From: Hypanus sabinus
Lineage: Eukaryota
Direction: 5' to 3'
NCBI RefSeq assembly: GCF_030144855.1
Contig: NC_082719.1
Location: forward strand, 67,208,001-67,272,000
DNA length: 64,000 nucleotides
Shown here one piece after another: positions 1 to 13,399 of the stretch. Both the position numbers and the translations under genes were made by a program. A model generated the notes under the pieces. The model was not told the origin of the DNA. It searched no databases and worked only from the letters and a program-made list of their open reading frames with translations. Each line of letters opens with the position of its first letter. The first letter of the stretch is position 1.

Positions 1-242
1 GTTGTGAATTATTTCACATACTTTATCATTTAGGCATCACCACCCTCTGCCAGGAGCTGCAGAAATGACCTCCTACCAAACAAATTGTAAGCATCATAGT
101 AATTTCAGATACAGCAGGAACATATTGGGGACATGCACTGAAAGTCGTATGATGTACAGTGTGTTATGGCAGATAGCTAGAATATTTCTTAAAAATTATT
201 TAAAAAGAAAGGTAAATAAACTGCTATAGGCACAGATAAACA

Positions 243-1115
243 TAACAGGATGCTGTCAGGATGAGGGAGCATCTGTTATGAGGAAAGGTCAGTCAACTAG
301 GGGATTTTCTCTTTCTATTTAAGAAAGATGACAGGTGATCCAATCAGAAACATGAGGAAATCTGCAGATGCAGGGAATCCAGGCACCACACACTAAATGC
401 TGGAGGAATTCAGCACCTATGGAAAAGAGTACCGTCGATGTTTTGGGCTGAGACCCTTCAGCAGGACAAGGATGAGAGGTGACTCGATTGAGGTGTATGA
501 GATGATAAGAGGGATTGACAGAGTGGACAGCCAGTGCCTTTTCCCCAGGGCAGAAATGGCTAATACCAGAGGGCATAAATTTGAGGTGATTGGAGGATGG
601 TATAGGGGTGATGATGTTTTTTTACAAAGAGGGTGGTAGGTACGTGGAATGCACTGACAGGAGTGTTGGTTGACACAGATACATGAGGGGCATTAAAGAA
701 ACTCCTAGGCACATAGATGAAAGAAAATATGGAGAGTTATGTGGAAGAGAAGTGTTAGACTGATTGTTATTTTATTTATTTTTTCTATTTGGCAATACAG
801 TGTAGAGCTGTCTCTTCAGCCCCGTCAAGCAGCATCACCACAGCAACCTCAGACAATTTCGATTTAACCCCAACCTAATGGCAGGACAATTTGCAATGAC
901 AAATTCACCTACCCAGTAAGACTTTGGACTGTGGGAGGAAACTGAAGCACCCAGAGAAAACCTACCCACGCATTCCATGGGGAGGAAGTACAGACTCCTT
1001 ACAGAGGATGCTGGGATTGAACTCTGTACTCTGATACCCTGAGCTGTAATATCACCGTGCTAACCACTGACACAACATCATAGGCCAGGGGGCTGGACTG
1101 TGCTGTACTGTTCTA
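243..1115 (+). mobile_element. CR1-type LINE 3' fragment interrupted by a Penelope-like terminus (~350-467) and a SINE (~775-1070)
   Basis: Translates RMRGDSIEVYEMIRGIDRVD..TRGHKFEV, a typical CR1 ORF2 C-terminus; 3' tail near 1090-1115. Confidence 0.8.
775..1070 (-). mobile_element. tRNA-derived SINE
   Basis: Core 'tttggactgtgggaggaaactgaagcacccagag' is shared with copies at ~45.9, 56.7 and 59.9 kb; A/T-rich tail at 770-790. Confidence 0.7.
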
Positions 1116-1319
1116 ATTCTATATTAAGGATAGATCTATATCATCAAAGTAAGAAGTCTATATACCACCTAATCAATACATTTTTAAAAACTTCTTTCTC
1201 AGCTACATTATTCCTTGAGCCTGTACAGTTAATCAACAGGGTCTGAAATAGGCAGCAGTTTAATTTTTCAGGTGTAATCTGCCAAAGAGAAATCTGAATT
1301 ATAAACACACACAAAAAAA

Positions 1320-1725
1320 AAGGCTACAGAAAGCAGCATCCATCATCAAAAATACAAACCATCTAGGTCAAACTCACTTCTTGGTACAACCTTCAGATAG
1401 GAGGTCCCACACCACCAGGGTTAGGGACAGTTAGTACCCAACAACCATCAGGGCTCCTGAACTGAAGTGGATAACTTCACTCACCACCATTTTGAACTGA
1501 TTCTGCAATCTACAGACTCACTTTCAAACTTTTTTAAAAACTCATTTTCAGTATAGATCTCACTTGCAGTCTGTACTCTTTTCACACATTGTACATTGAT
1601 GTTTGTCAGTCTCATTTTGCTTATATAGTTTTTAGAAAACTCTTGTATTTCTTTTTTCCTGTAGGTGCCTGCAAGAAAATGACATACAGTATATATAACA
1701 TATACAGTATGTACTTTGAACTTTG
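1320..1725 (+). mobile_element. Rex1/Babar-type LINE 3' end
   Basis: 'gaaagcagcatccatcatcaa...cacaccaccagg...cagttagtaccc' motif and (actttga) tail, repeated throughout the window. Confidence 0.65.
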
Positions 1726-3254
1726 TCTTCCTGTTTTTAAATGTAGATATATAAATCTGGGATTTTTGAATTTATGTTCTTTAGATGATTTATTTGTTAC
1801 CTCTACCTCTCAATTACATTCGTGGAGTCCTGGGATTATTTTTAGCCAGTATTGGAACCTGCCTGAAATGTAAAGCTATTTGTCCCTACAGAACGATGTG
1901 TATGTGAGACGATTCTGTTTTTGCCTGAACTGCTTATCTCATTTTACTTAGGCTTGTGTGGTGAAGTTTCATCATACAGTGCTTGCTTTGGATGTAATTT
2001 TATTTGACTGCATATGTCTTGTGAAACTATATTGATGGCTGACCTCCAGCTAACAACTAAGCAACCTGGCTCTGATCAGGACAGAGTTTCTGGTTTTTTC
2101 CATTTGAATTAGGCATTGGCTTCATGCTGTAGCTTAAGGCCTCATATGTTAAAGTCTTCCAATACTCCAACGATCACAGTTATACCACATTATCATCTGC
2201 AGACTTCTCTCCCCCATTCCCCACCCCACTCCCTCATGTCTCAATAGCAGATTACTTCTCTGCTTTCTTCTCTGGGAAAAGCCTTTTCTTGAAATTCTCT
2301 TATAGATTTTTTTGTGAAGGTTGCTATGTAAGTCCACTCCAGTCATGCTCATTCTTGCAAGTCGATCCTCATTCTGTTTGTCTACTCTATTACCATAGGG
2401 TAACTTTAATGAAAATCTTTGGGGCCTTCCTTAGTCTCTCTCTTGGAGAGATCCAATTGCTCATCTTTTCCTAATAACTACTACCATGAATCTTAGGTCA
2501 TCCATGTAAACCTGGTTTCACTTTCTCCAGCACATTTATTTCTTTCACACAATTTGTTAGTAAAAGTTCAGCATAAATTAAAATTGTTTATCTAGAAAGA
2601 AACATGTGTGTCTAGTTCGCATCTGTTCTGGTCTTACAGACTTGTGTGACAGTTTTTAGTGATATTATTTTATGTGCTCTTAGATTCTTCTGTTTACCAA
2701 CCCACGTAGATTCTTACTTTCCATCGTGCATGTGATTTCAATCTTCAAGCAATCCACTCATCTTCTTTGAAGATTCCTTGGTATGTGTTTGACAGACAGG
2801 GTTAGATTTTGTGTCCAGACACAAAAACAGTGAAATCTTACATTTGGTCAATTATTTTTGCCTTACATAATGTTTGATGTTTTTTTTCTTTCTTCTTACT
2901 GAAGGTGTGTGGCTTCCTGAACAGATTGGCACAGGAAACTGTTCAAACAAAAGACATGTCTATTGATGTTGCAGCATTGCTCAACGGCTCACTGCATGTT
3001 CCATTTCACTTACACAAGCTCTGTTAATATTTGGTATCCGTTAATACCTAGGTATGGGTGGAGCTCAGGCCAGCTGCTGTGGGTCGACCTTCCCCATAGA
3101 GTTCAACTCCTGCTATACTGTTAAAAGAGCCAATAGAATGGCAGGTCATGAAGCAACCGCAGAAGGCATTAGATCATAAATGTGGTATTTGTGAACTTTC
3201 CTGTGAATATTTACTAAATGTGTAGTGGGGCAGGAATATACTCCAAGCAAAGGA

Positions 3255-4225
3255 CATGGGTATTTCTCTGATTAGCAATCAATGGAGAGCAGAGTGCCAT
3301 GCTGGGCTTCCAAGAGTTTACAATATTGATTAATAATTTAGAAAAGGTGGCCAAGTATAACGTATCTAATTATGCTGATAAAAACTGAATAGTGAAGCAA
3401 ATTGTACAGAGGATGTGGAGAGACTGCAGAGAGATATAGAAAGGTTAAATGAGTGGGTAAGAGTCTGGTAGATGAAGTACAACTTTGGTAGATGTGAGGG
3501 CATCCACTTTGGAAGGAAAAATAGATTAATTTGTTACTTAAACGGTGAAAGATTGCAGCACCTCATTGTGCAGGAGGACGTGGGAGTGCTTGTGCGTGAA
3601 TTGTAGCAGGTTGGTTTTCAGGAACAACAGATTATCAAGAAGGCAAATGGAATGTTAGCTTTCATCGCAAGAAGGATTTAATTTAAGAGCAGGGAGATTA
3701 TGCTGCAACAGTACAGGGTACTGGTGAGACCACGCCCAGAGTGTTGCAGGAAGTTCTGGTCTCTTTACTTGAGGATAGGTATGCTGACTTTGCAGGTGGT
3801 TCACCTGGTTGATTCCAGAGATGAAGACAGACTAAGTCACCTGGGACTATACTCACTGCAATTCAGAAGAATAAGAGGGTATTTTACAGAAGCATATAAA
3901 ATTATGAAAGGGATAGATAAGATAGATGTAGAAAAGTTGTTTTCACTGGTATGCAATTCTAGAACTAGGGGTCATATCCTCAAGATCTGAGGGTATAGAT
4001 GTAGGACAGAGATGAGGAGGAACTACTTTTCACAGGGAGTAGTGAATCTGTGGAATTCTCTGCCCAGGGTAGGACACAGTTAGATAGATTTTCTGCATGC
4101 CAGGGGAATTAAGGGTCATGGGGAAAAGGCAGGTAGATGGAGCCAAGTCCATGGCTGGATTAGCCATGATCTTATCGAACGGCGGACCAGGTTTGACAGG
4201 TGCGAAGACCGGCTCCTGCTTCCGT
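3255..4225 (+). mobile_element. CR1 LINE, 3' part of ORF2 (degenerate)
   Basis: YADK-type RT motif near 3370; LYRVLVRP-like segment; LGLYSLQFRRIRG..SRTRGH. Confidence 0.85.
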
Positions 4226-4559
4226 GGGACTAGATCATGCTGACCTCAGCTGGCCATTCAGAACTGCTGCCTGCATCCCGCGGGCTCCTACGTTGGCACT
4301 GAGAGACAATGTCTCTGATGCTCTGTGCCATCCCTTGAGTTGAGCAGCCACATCTGAATTATGAAATGGTATTGGGCAGTTGTTGTCAAGCACCACCTCC
4401 AGAACGTCCTGGCAGGTCTGACGTGAAGCAAAGTTGTAAAGGATTTTAATAGCTTTTGAATGTCTTTTGACATTCACTGAAGCTGAAAGCAAATAAAGTG
4501 CAAGTGAAAATGGAAATGAAAAAAAGCAATTAAGATGCACAAAACTGTGAATTAATTAA

Positions 4560-5350
4560 CAGCACACACAAAATGCTGGTGGAACACAACAGGCCAGGCA
4601 GCATCTATAAGGAGAAGCACTGCCGACGTTTTGGGCTGAGACCCTTCGCCAGGACTAACCGAAAGGAAAGATAGTAAGAGATTTGAAAGTAGTGGGGGGA
4701 GGGGGAAATGCAAAATGATAGGAGAAGACCGGAGTGTGTGGGATGAAGCTAAGAGCTGGAAAGGTGATTGGCGAAAGTGGTACCGAGCTGGAGAAGGGAA
4801 AGGATCATGGGACGGGAGGCCTCAGGAGAAAGAAGTGGGGGGGGGGGGAAGCACCAGAGGGAGATGGAGAACAGGAAAACAACTAAATATGTCAGGGATG
4901 GGGTAAGAAGGGGAGGAGAGGCATTAACAGAAGTTAGAGAAGTCAATGTTCATGCCATCAGGTTGGAGGCTACCCAGCCGGTATATAAGGTGTTGTTCCT
5001 CCAACCTGAGATTGGATTCATTTTGACAGTAGAGGAGGCCATGGATAGACATATCAGAATGGGAATGGGACGTGGAATTAAAATGTGTGGCCACTGGGAG
5101 ATCCTGTTTTCTCTGGTGGACCAAGAGTAGGTGTTCAGCGAAACGGTCTCCCAGTCTGCGTTGGGTCTCACCAATATGTAAAAGGCCACACCGGGAGCAC
5201 CAGACACAGTATACCACAGCAGCCAACTCACAGGTGAAGTGTCACCTCACCTGGAAGGACTGTCTGGGGCTCTGAATGGTGGTGAGGGAGGAAGTGTAAG
5301 GGTAGGTGTAGCACTTGTTCTGCTTACAAGGATAAGTGCCAGGAAGGACT
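4560..5350 (-). mobile_element. Penelope-like element: GIY-YIG endonuclease region plus pseudo-LTR
   Basis: ORF 4924-5226 VVYCVWCSRCGLLHIGETQRRLGDRFAEH..VATHFN..LEEQHLIYRLGSLQPDGMN. Confidence 0.88.
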
Positions 5351-5404
5351 TCTCAATTAATTAACAGAATTAGCATAATTTATATTAAAATTAAAATCAC
5401 TTAC

Positions 5405-5599
5405 TTGACCTGTTTTTCCACAAGCCTAGCATCCCCATTGAACGAAGTTGTAATTCAGACCCTTAGCCTTGACATTGGTGAATTAGAGAGGCAATTCCCT
5501 ATCTTATCCCAACAAGTCTGGGTTCTTCCTTCCTGTCCTTTATGGGGGCTGTTTGTGATAGATGTGGTGCCAACTGTCAGTCTGAAAATTCAACAGCAC
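5405..5599 (-). pseudogene. Possible exon remnant (195 nt)
   Basis: Acceptor ttcttgtattgttgtacag| and consensus donor caa|gtaagt. Length is divisible by 3 but all frames contain stops. Confidence 0.28.
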
Positions 5600-6429
5600 C
5601 TGTACAACAATACAAGAACTACTAAAGTTTAAAAGGCTGCCATCCACACAACTAATTCAGCCAAAGAGATTCATTGCTTTGATTCATTAAATTGATCCAA
5701 CATCGAAGACAGTCACTCAAGCAATTCTTTGTGAGCAATCTAGTTCTATCACTTCATCTTTCCTTTGTAGGATCATAGAAGGAAAATAGTTAATCCCTTA
5801 AAAAATGTCACGGCCCACAGAACTATAACACTGAGAAGACTATTTCAGTTTAGCTGAAGCTTTAGCATATGTTCTCCTAATTTTTAGCCTGAGGCTTATG
5901 CAGACTATTTTTAGTTGATAGAACAAAGACTAAGATCCTTTTTGCTATGGATTTATGAACAATGAGAATCCAATAAAATGGAAAGTACCTGTAAAGCTCA
6001 GGTAAAGACTAAGTGTATCTCTGACCATAAATCACAAACAAGGTACATCAGTCTTCTGATGCTTACGTTAAAAGGAAGCAAAAACCCAATCTAGACACAG
6101 AAGATCCACTTGGTTATAACCACTGCGGTCCCTTGAAATGTTTGTATTTTTATATTCGAGAAAATGTTCAATATACTGTATGTAGAAACTAAAAGGAATA
6201 ATCTATTTAGGAGCCTTGTTAATTTGTTATTTTAGCAGCATTAAATCCTGTTTCACATCTATATAATGCCACTCAATGATATCATCCCTGACAGGCTGCA
6301 TATCTTGTAATAGCACCACTTCACCATATACATCTATTACCTCCAATTTGTCTTACTTCTCTGACTTTACGAACTGACATAAATATTGTAAAATTACTGA
6401 AAAGGCAGATTAAACACATAGAGTGCAAC

Positions 6430-7080
6430 ATTAAAAAAATCCTTTCCTGTAATAATGTCACACAATGACCATCTCCAGTAAGAGACCAATCACCTACCCT
6501 TGACATTCAATAAATTGACATCAAGTTCCTTATCATTAATATCCATTGATCAGAATCATGGCTGAAAGAGCCACATAAACACTGCAGCTCAGTGGCCGGA
6601 AGTCCTGTGGTGGATGACTCAGCTCCTAACATCCAAAGCTTTCCTCAGTTTCCAAGGCACAAATCAAAAATATGACAAGGACACTCTTCAGTTACCTGGT
6701 TCACCAACTTTAAAGAAGCTCAACGTCATCCATCTCAAAGCAGCCACTGGTAGTCCACTCATAACCTGATGCATTCATGCCCTGCAGCACCAATACACAG
6801 TGGCTGCAATGTATGCAATCTACAAAATGCACTGCAGTCTCTCAGTAAGCTACTGAGAGTATCTCCCGACCTGTGACCTTTGTCACCAAGAGGGACAATG
6901 CTTTCCAGCACCTGCTAGTTCTCTTCCAAGCCACGAACCATCCATTCTATATTACCGACTCTTTGGCATTGAGTTGAATCCTAGAACTTCTTCTCCAAAG
7001 ATACGCCCTATAATTCAATAGGTAACTCACCTGTAACTTCTTTGCGCACACAGAGCTGGCAATGGACCCAGTCTTGCAAG
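6430..7080 (+). mobile_element. Old CR1/L2-clade LINE 3' fragment
   Basis: KKLNVI..KAA...HALQHQYTVAAMYAIYKMHC-like RT C-terminal remnant. Confidence 0.55.
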
Positions 7081-7669
7081 CTCTGCACAGATCACAAGCC
7101 GTGTGTTCAGAAAAGGTTGCCTTTAAGTTTGGTCAAAACAGTTTTCCAAATGTGGTGGAGGTCTGCTTCTGAATGAATGGCCTGCACTGTTCACATGCCA
7201 TAAAAATACAAATCAGCTACACAAAAGTGTATTATAAATGAACTTTGATGCCACTGTTGATGTGTGGAAGGATTCATGTGCCCTTGTGCAATGCATAAAA
7301 GACTTGGAAGGAAAGCCATGGACATCGACATCAATAAAATTCTACCACAAAGTCAAAGATTCATTGTACTATGTAACAGAATTTCTAGCATCCTCCTGTT
7401 TTATGACTTCAAAATCTAGCCCAACGTAGCTACTATATGAGAACAAATGGTACTCATTAAGATCAAAGTTAACTACCCAGTAAAATGAAGCCACAATGTG
7501 TGCTACTTGATACCCATGGATGAGCTGAGCTTGCCAAACTCCCAAGTGTGTTCATCCGGGCATGTGTGCGCTACACACTTTGCATAATTCAATGTTCAAT
7601 AGATCGAGCACAGGTCATGTGACTGGCCTTTGCAAGACTGGATTAGATTGTTGCTCTTGCCACACATTT

Positions 7670-9230
7670 TTCAAAATCATAACCAGAGTTAGCATGGCTT
7701 TGCATAGGCGAACATATTTAATGAACTTATTGGCGTATTCTGAGGAAGTCCTAACTGGAGTGGATGGAGGGAGCTAGTAAGGTATGTACTTAGACTTCCA
7801 GAAGCCACTTGACAAGATGTTAATTACAAATAAGAATCCATGCATATCCATGCATTTGGAAGTGCCATATCAGCAAAGATAGAGGACAACAAGCAGGAGG
7901 TAGGAAGTGTAAGTATGAGGGGTCTTTTCCAGACTGGCATCCAGTGAGATGAGGGATTACACAGGGATTAACCTAGGACCACAACTGTTTAAGATTTTTT
8001 TTTAATGATAGATGAGGTGATTGAGCAGTAAGTTGGCAAATGTGATATAATGTGGGAAAATGTGAAGTAGTTCACTTTGAAGGGGAACAGAAGTGCAGTG
8101 TTTTATCTAAATGGAGAGAAATTGCAGAAAGTTGTGATGCAAAGGTTTCCTTTTGCATGTGTAGGGCTCTCAGTACCAGTAACTGCGGTGTTAACTGTTC
8201 AGGCTAACAAAAAGGCTTCTCTGTATTGTTATAATGAAATGGCTTCTCTGAAATGTTACTTAATGCTGTAATGGGTGCCTGTGTCTGGAATGTTTGGGTT
8301 ATGACAGCAGATAAGGGGGGAAATAACCAATAGAGAATTGTTATGTTTTCTTGTATGTGTAAGCTGAGCGGGAGTTCGCCATTTTTTTTTCAGGAGGCGA
8401 GCAAGGAGGACAGATGTGCGAGGAGTGGACAGCCGTTCCAGGGCGGCAGATACTGGAAGTCGGTGGTTCCGATGGTGGCTGAAGGCTCAGAATGTCATTA
8501 TGGATGGAACCAGAGGAGTGAGCTTTAATGTATTGAAATATTATGTGCACAAACTGATAAACTTACTGATTTGGCACCTTTAGGTTATCTGTTTCTACTA
8601 ACTCATCGCTAAGAAATATCTATAAAGTTGTAGTTATTTACTCGCCTTTGGTGTTTTGTCTGATATTTGTGTTGCGAGCGTGTACGGGGGCGGGGGGGAA
8701 GAGTGGCATTACACCGTATTTACACCGAACTATTGCACTGTTGGCGGGGCGATGGCAGTTCACCCTAGGTGAATGGGGGTAAATTGGGGGCACAGATGCT
8801 ACACATGAAACAGTAGAAAATAGGGAAGGCCAATGGAAAGTTGGCCTATGGTTCAAGAGATGAAGAGTAGGGAATTCTTAAACCAATGGTACAGATCATA
8901 GTAAAAGAATATCCCAGGTACTGGGAACCATTTTGGTCCTCCTATTGAAGAAAAAAATATAGCTGAAAGGGATTCACTATGATGAATCTTGAAATGAAAG
9001 TGTTATCCAAAAAGGAGTGATTAAACAGACCGAAACTCAGAAGAATTAAAGATGATCTTTCTGAAATGTTTAAGATCCTTAGGAGAAGACAGAGTAAATG
9101 CTAAGAGCGTGGCCTCAAAATAAGGGATGGCCACTTCAGTATGGGATGCAGAATTCTCATCTCTCAAATGACTTTGAGTTAATGGAACTCCTTGCCATAG
9201 ATACTTTACTGAGATAGACAGATAAGGATC
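7670..9230 (+). mobile_element. Degenerate CR1 RT fragment split by a solo LTR
   Basis: YLDFQK motif at ~7785; CR1 sequence resumes directly after 8807. Confidence 0.7.
8160..8803. mobile_element. Solo LTR (644 bp), 4-bp TSD
   Basis: Termini TGTAG...CTACA; CATG is duplicated at 8156-8159 and 8804-8807; it interrupts a CR1 copy. Confidence 0.8.
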
Positions 9231-9254
9231 AGTAAGGATACTTTATAAGATATT

Positions 9255-9445
9255 CATCAGTTCAAAGTAAATTTATTATTGAAGTACATATATGCCACCA
9301 TATACAACCCTGAGATTTAGTTTCTTGCAGGAATACTCAGTCAATCCAAAAACCACAACAGAACCAATGAAAGACCATGCCTAACGCTGTGGACAAACAA
9401 CCAGTGTGCAAAAGACAACAAATAGTTCAAATACACTAAGAATAA

Positions 9446-9477
<32 letters not shown>

Positions 9478-9700
9478 AATAAATAAGCAATAAATATCTT
9501 GAACATGAGGTGAGGAGACCTTGAAAGTGAGTCCATAGGTTGAGGGAATAGTTCAGTGATGGGGCAAGTGAAGTTTAATGAAGCTAACCCCACTGGTTCA
9601 AGAGCCTTATGCAAAGGGTAATAACTTCTTGAACCTGGTAGTGTAAGTCCAGAGGCTCCTAGACCTTCCTGATGGCAGCAGTGAGAAGAGAGCATGGACT
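9255..9700 (-). mobile_element. Rex1/Babar-type LINE 3' end containing a (GAT)n microsatellite (~9446-9478)
   Basis: Near-homologous to the element at 62935-63640. Confidence 0.7.
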
Positions 9701-9704
9701 GGCA

Positions 9705-10240
9705 GACCATACTTAGAGTATTGTGAGCAGTTTTGGAACCCTTATCTAAGAAAGACGTGCTGGCATTGGAGATGGTCCAGAGGAGGTGCACAAGAATGAT
9801 TCTGAGAATGAAAGGGTTAGCATGTGAGGAGAATTTTATTGCTCTAGGCCTGTACTCACTGGAGTTTAGAAGAATGACGGGGGATCTCATTGAAACCTAT
9901 CAGATATTGAAAGACCGAGACAGAGTGGATGTGGAGAGGATGTTTTTTATAGTGGGGAAGTCTAGGACCAGAGGACACGGCCTCAGAATTGAAGGACATC
10001 CCTTTAAGACAGTGATGAGAGGGTAGTGAACCTGTGCAACAGACAGCTGTGGAGGTGAAGTCATTGGGTATATTTAAAGTGGAGGTTGAAAGGTTTATTA
10101 ATTAGTAAGGCTACAGGGAGATGTCAGGAGAACAGGGCTGACGGGGATAATAAATCAGCCAAGGTGGAATTGCAGATCAGACTTGTTGTGGCTGAATGGC
10201 CTAATTCTGCAGCTACGTCTTCTGGAATTATAGTGTTATG
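9705..10240 (+). mobile_element. CR1 LINE 3' end
   Basis: ORF 9733-10026 LEMVQRRCTRMI..LGLYSLEFRRMTGDLIETY..SRTRGH. Confidence 0.88.
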
Positions 10241-10259
10241 AAAATGATGACCTTAGAGT

Positions 10260-10820
10260 CGTAGAGGAATACAGTATGAAAATGAAGCCTTTGTCAACTA
10301 AATCTGCACTATCAAACAGCAATTTTAATTAATCCTATATAAATAGTTTTTTATAAAGCTCCTCACCCTCACATCAATGCTGCTCAGACTTCACTATGCA
10401 CAAAAGCACTGGGGTCAATTTACACCCGATTCACCCACTGACCCACCTGCCTTTGGGATGAGTGACAAAACTGGTGCACCCAGAGGAAACCCAAGCAGTT
10501 GCAGGAAAAATGTGAAAACTCCATACAGAGCACCTGAGGTCAGGGTAGGGCGCTACAGTATCGTAGCCGTTAGCATGATCAAATTACAGCTCGGAGCGTC
10601 GGAGTTCAGTTCAGCATCCTCTGTAAGATGTTTGTACGTCCTTCTCATAAGCACGTGGATTTCCTTCTGGTGCTCCAGTATCCTCCCACGGTCCAAAGAC
10701 GTATCGATTAGTAGGTTAATTAGTCATTGTTAATTGTCCTATGATTAGGCTGGGGTTAACGTGTGGCGGTGCAGCTGGTTGGGTTGGAAGGGCCTGTTCC
10801 ACGCTGTGTCTCTAAATAGG
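10260..10820. mobile_element. Two SINEs head-to-head (minus ~10260-10545; plus ~10548-10820)
   Basis: SINE core on both strands; the plus copy begins with a tRNA-like head and ends 'gctgtgtctctaaata'. Confidence 0.6.
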
Positions 10821-11693
10821 TAAGTAAAACAAACCCAGGTTTTTGGCACTTTAAGGAATAGAATTGCACATTGTTTCTCTGCTCCACTCAGGCCACATGT
10901 TTCCACATCGTCCATGTGCCAACGGTTTGGGTTTTGTTTCGAACAAGCAGTTGCAAGTTGACTGACTCAGTGATTGGCAAGTTTCTCTGCCTATCCTACG
11001 ATCCTGTAACTGTGAAGAAAACGGTTGGCTCTAGCTGTTACACTAGGCCTTACCACAGTTATACTAAGAATTACCACGGTAACTGCCATGCACGAACAAA
11101 CATTACTTTTAAATATAAATTCACCCTCAGAGGCATAATGATTTTTTTGTGAGAGGAAACTTACATTTTAGATTTTAATCACAACATGAAACAGAAGTGA
11201 GATGGTGCTAAACCCACCTCAAAATAAAACTTAAAATATCTCTTGATATTCCACAAGTATGTACTCACAGAGGAAAATACATATACAGAAGCGTTCTGTT
11301 TCTGTAGAATCTATTAACGTTCTTAATTTTATTTCAAAATGCTCTGTTGAAATAGTAGCACAGCAAATGGAACTTGATAATACTCAACTGGCACATCAGC
11401 CTAGGGCAAAGAACAGATGATTTACCCAACAGTGAGCTCTACAGTAAGCAAGACATTGTTGATGTGATGTCAATTCTGCACTGCCCCATCACTGCATTAC
11501 TTCATTAGCTCCCTGGCCTCCTCTCCCGTCCTCTGCCCTCATCTTGTTCTAATGGCTAAACTGAATAGTCATAAAAATTGCACTTTATGGTAGAATTGCT
11601 GGGATCTTGCTTCAGTCCCTCCCCAAGAGTTCTAGGCTGTTCCCTATCCATCAATTCCATCTGTTTTCCTGGAAACCACCTGAGGTTTAACCA

Positions 11694-12520
11694 TTTCAGA
11701 TTCAGATTCAGTTTATTGTTATTTAGAAATCACAAATGCAATGCAGTTAAAAAATGAGACAACGTTCCCCCAGAATGATATCACAAAAGCACACGTCAAA
11801 ACAGACTACACCAGAAAATCCACATAACGTTTGGCAATCCCCAATCCAGAGTCCAGAGAGGCTGCTGCGTATTAATATCGCGCTACCGTCTTAGTGCGTT
11901 TCCCGGAAAGGAGCTCCAAATCCACCAGACAAAACAAGACCAAAGACTAAAGCTACAAGACCTGCACAAAACCATATAATTATAACATATAGTTACAACA
12001 GTGCAAACAATAGCATAATTGATTAAAAAAAACCAGACTATGGGTACAGTAAAAATAGTCCAAGATGTTAAAGGACTGTAAGTTCAAAAGAAATCACCAC
12101 AGTTTCCATAAGTCCCCAGGGTCCCGACAGACTCGCCATCCCACGCCGGCGGCAGAAGGGTGTACCCCCGCTATGGACTTCCAAGGCGCCGCCCGACTCA
12201 GCCTCGCAGACGCAGCACACAATGAAAGCGACCTGAGTCTGTCGAACCTCCAAGCTGATGAGCATCCACTCCAGCACAGCTTCTCCGAGCACCATCCTCT
12301 GCCGAGCGTATTAAGACGGCCCTGCCAACGGCCATTGGCTACGCAACCCCAAGGACTGGGGGCCTGTTCTTCCCAGCAGAGTCCCGGACCTCACAACAGC
12401 AGCAGCAACGAAGAAGGTCTTCCTGGAATTTCCCGATGTTTCTCCATGCTTCCACGTCCGTTTTCAATCGATTATGATTGCACACGGCACCCCACTTCAC
12501 AAATAACAGATAATCAGTTT
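11694..12520 (-). mobile_element. Non-autonomous retroelement with (TCTGAA)n tail and CpG-rich 5' half
   Basis: Plus strand starts ttcagattcagattcagtttattg, the reverse complement of a LINE-type tail with AATAAA; CpG-rich 12120-12490; no RT coding. Confidence 0.55.
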
Positions 12521-12934
12521 GTAACATAATTTGTAACATCTGTGATCTGTTGATACTGAGATGTGGCTCCAATCTCATCCTCATTAGCCCATAACTAACC
12601 CATGCTCATTTGTATAATCCACAATTAAGCCATAATTGACCCATGCTCATTTGCTCCACAGTAGAGAAATTAGCCAGAATGGTGTTGCCTGAATATGACC
12701 CCTGTGTGCAACCTGCGTTAACAGTGCCGATCTGTGACTGCACAAATCCACAGCTAGCACCATTAAAAACCAACATTCGGGTACTATGTTGCTGTATGTG
12801 TCCATAACAAAACAATAGATTGATATTGCATCTCTGAAGTCATACTATATTGGAAAAGCTACATCAGTGCATGTCATTGCTGGTAGTGAATCAACAGCCG
12901 GTTTTACATGTGGAATTTTTAGTTATGCCAATTG

Positions 12935-13230
12935 CCTGGGGGCAGCATGGTAGTGCCGTAGCTGGTTTAATGCTTCACAGTGACAGCTGTAAGATTGGGG
13001 TTCAATTGCTGCCACCGGCCGTAAGGAGTTCCTGCGTTCTTCCGGTTGGCACGTTGGTTTCCTCTGGGTGCTCTGGTGTCTTCCCACATTCCAAAGGCGT
13101 ACAATTTGGGTTAGGATTAATAAGTTGTGGGCATGCCAAGTTGCCCGCCGGAAGCACAATGACCCTGGCAGGCTGGCCACAGCATATCCTCGACAGAAAC
13201 GCCAGATTTCACCATATGCTTCAATGTACT
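12935..13230 (+). mobile_element. tRNA-derived SINE
   Basis: ggggcagcatggtag head, ggggttcaatt B-box-like motif, SINE core. Confidence 0.65.
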
Positions 13231-13399
13231 GTACTTGTGATGTCTGCCCCCTACTTCAAGATCTCACGCTGGAGTGAGTCTGCCAAACTCTGTGTTTTCC
13301 CTCCGTCCCTCCCGCTACCTGTTGTTCACTAGCTCCTACCTCCTGATTCTATGCCTCTCCCACATGGTTCCATTATACTCCCCCCGCCCCCACAACTAT

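Noticed and set aside
9381-9890. 169-aa ORF with poly-Ser
   Set aside because: It is antisense CR1 plus a Rex1 UTR and a (GAT)n microsatellite.
12065-12529. 154-aa CpG-rich ORF or CpG-island promoter
   Set aside because: It lies inside a tailed retroelement and has no recognisable protein motif.
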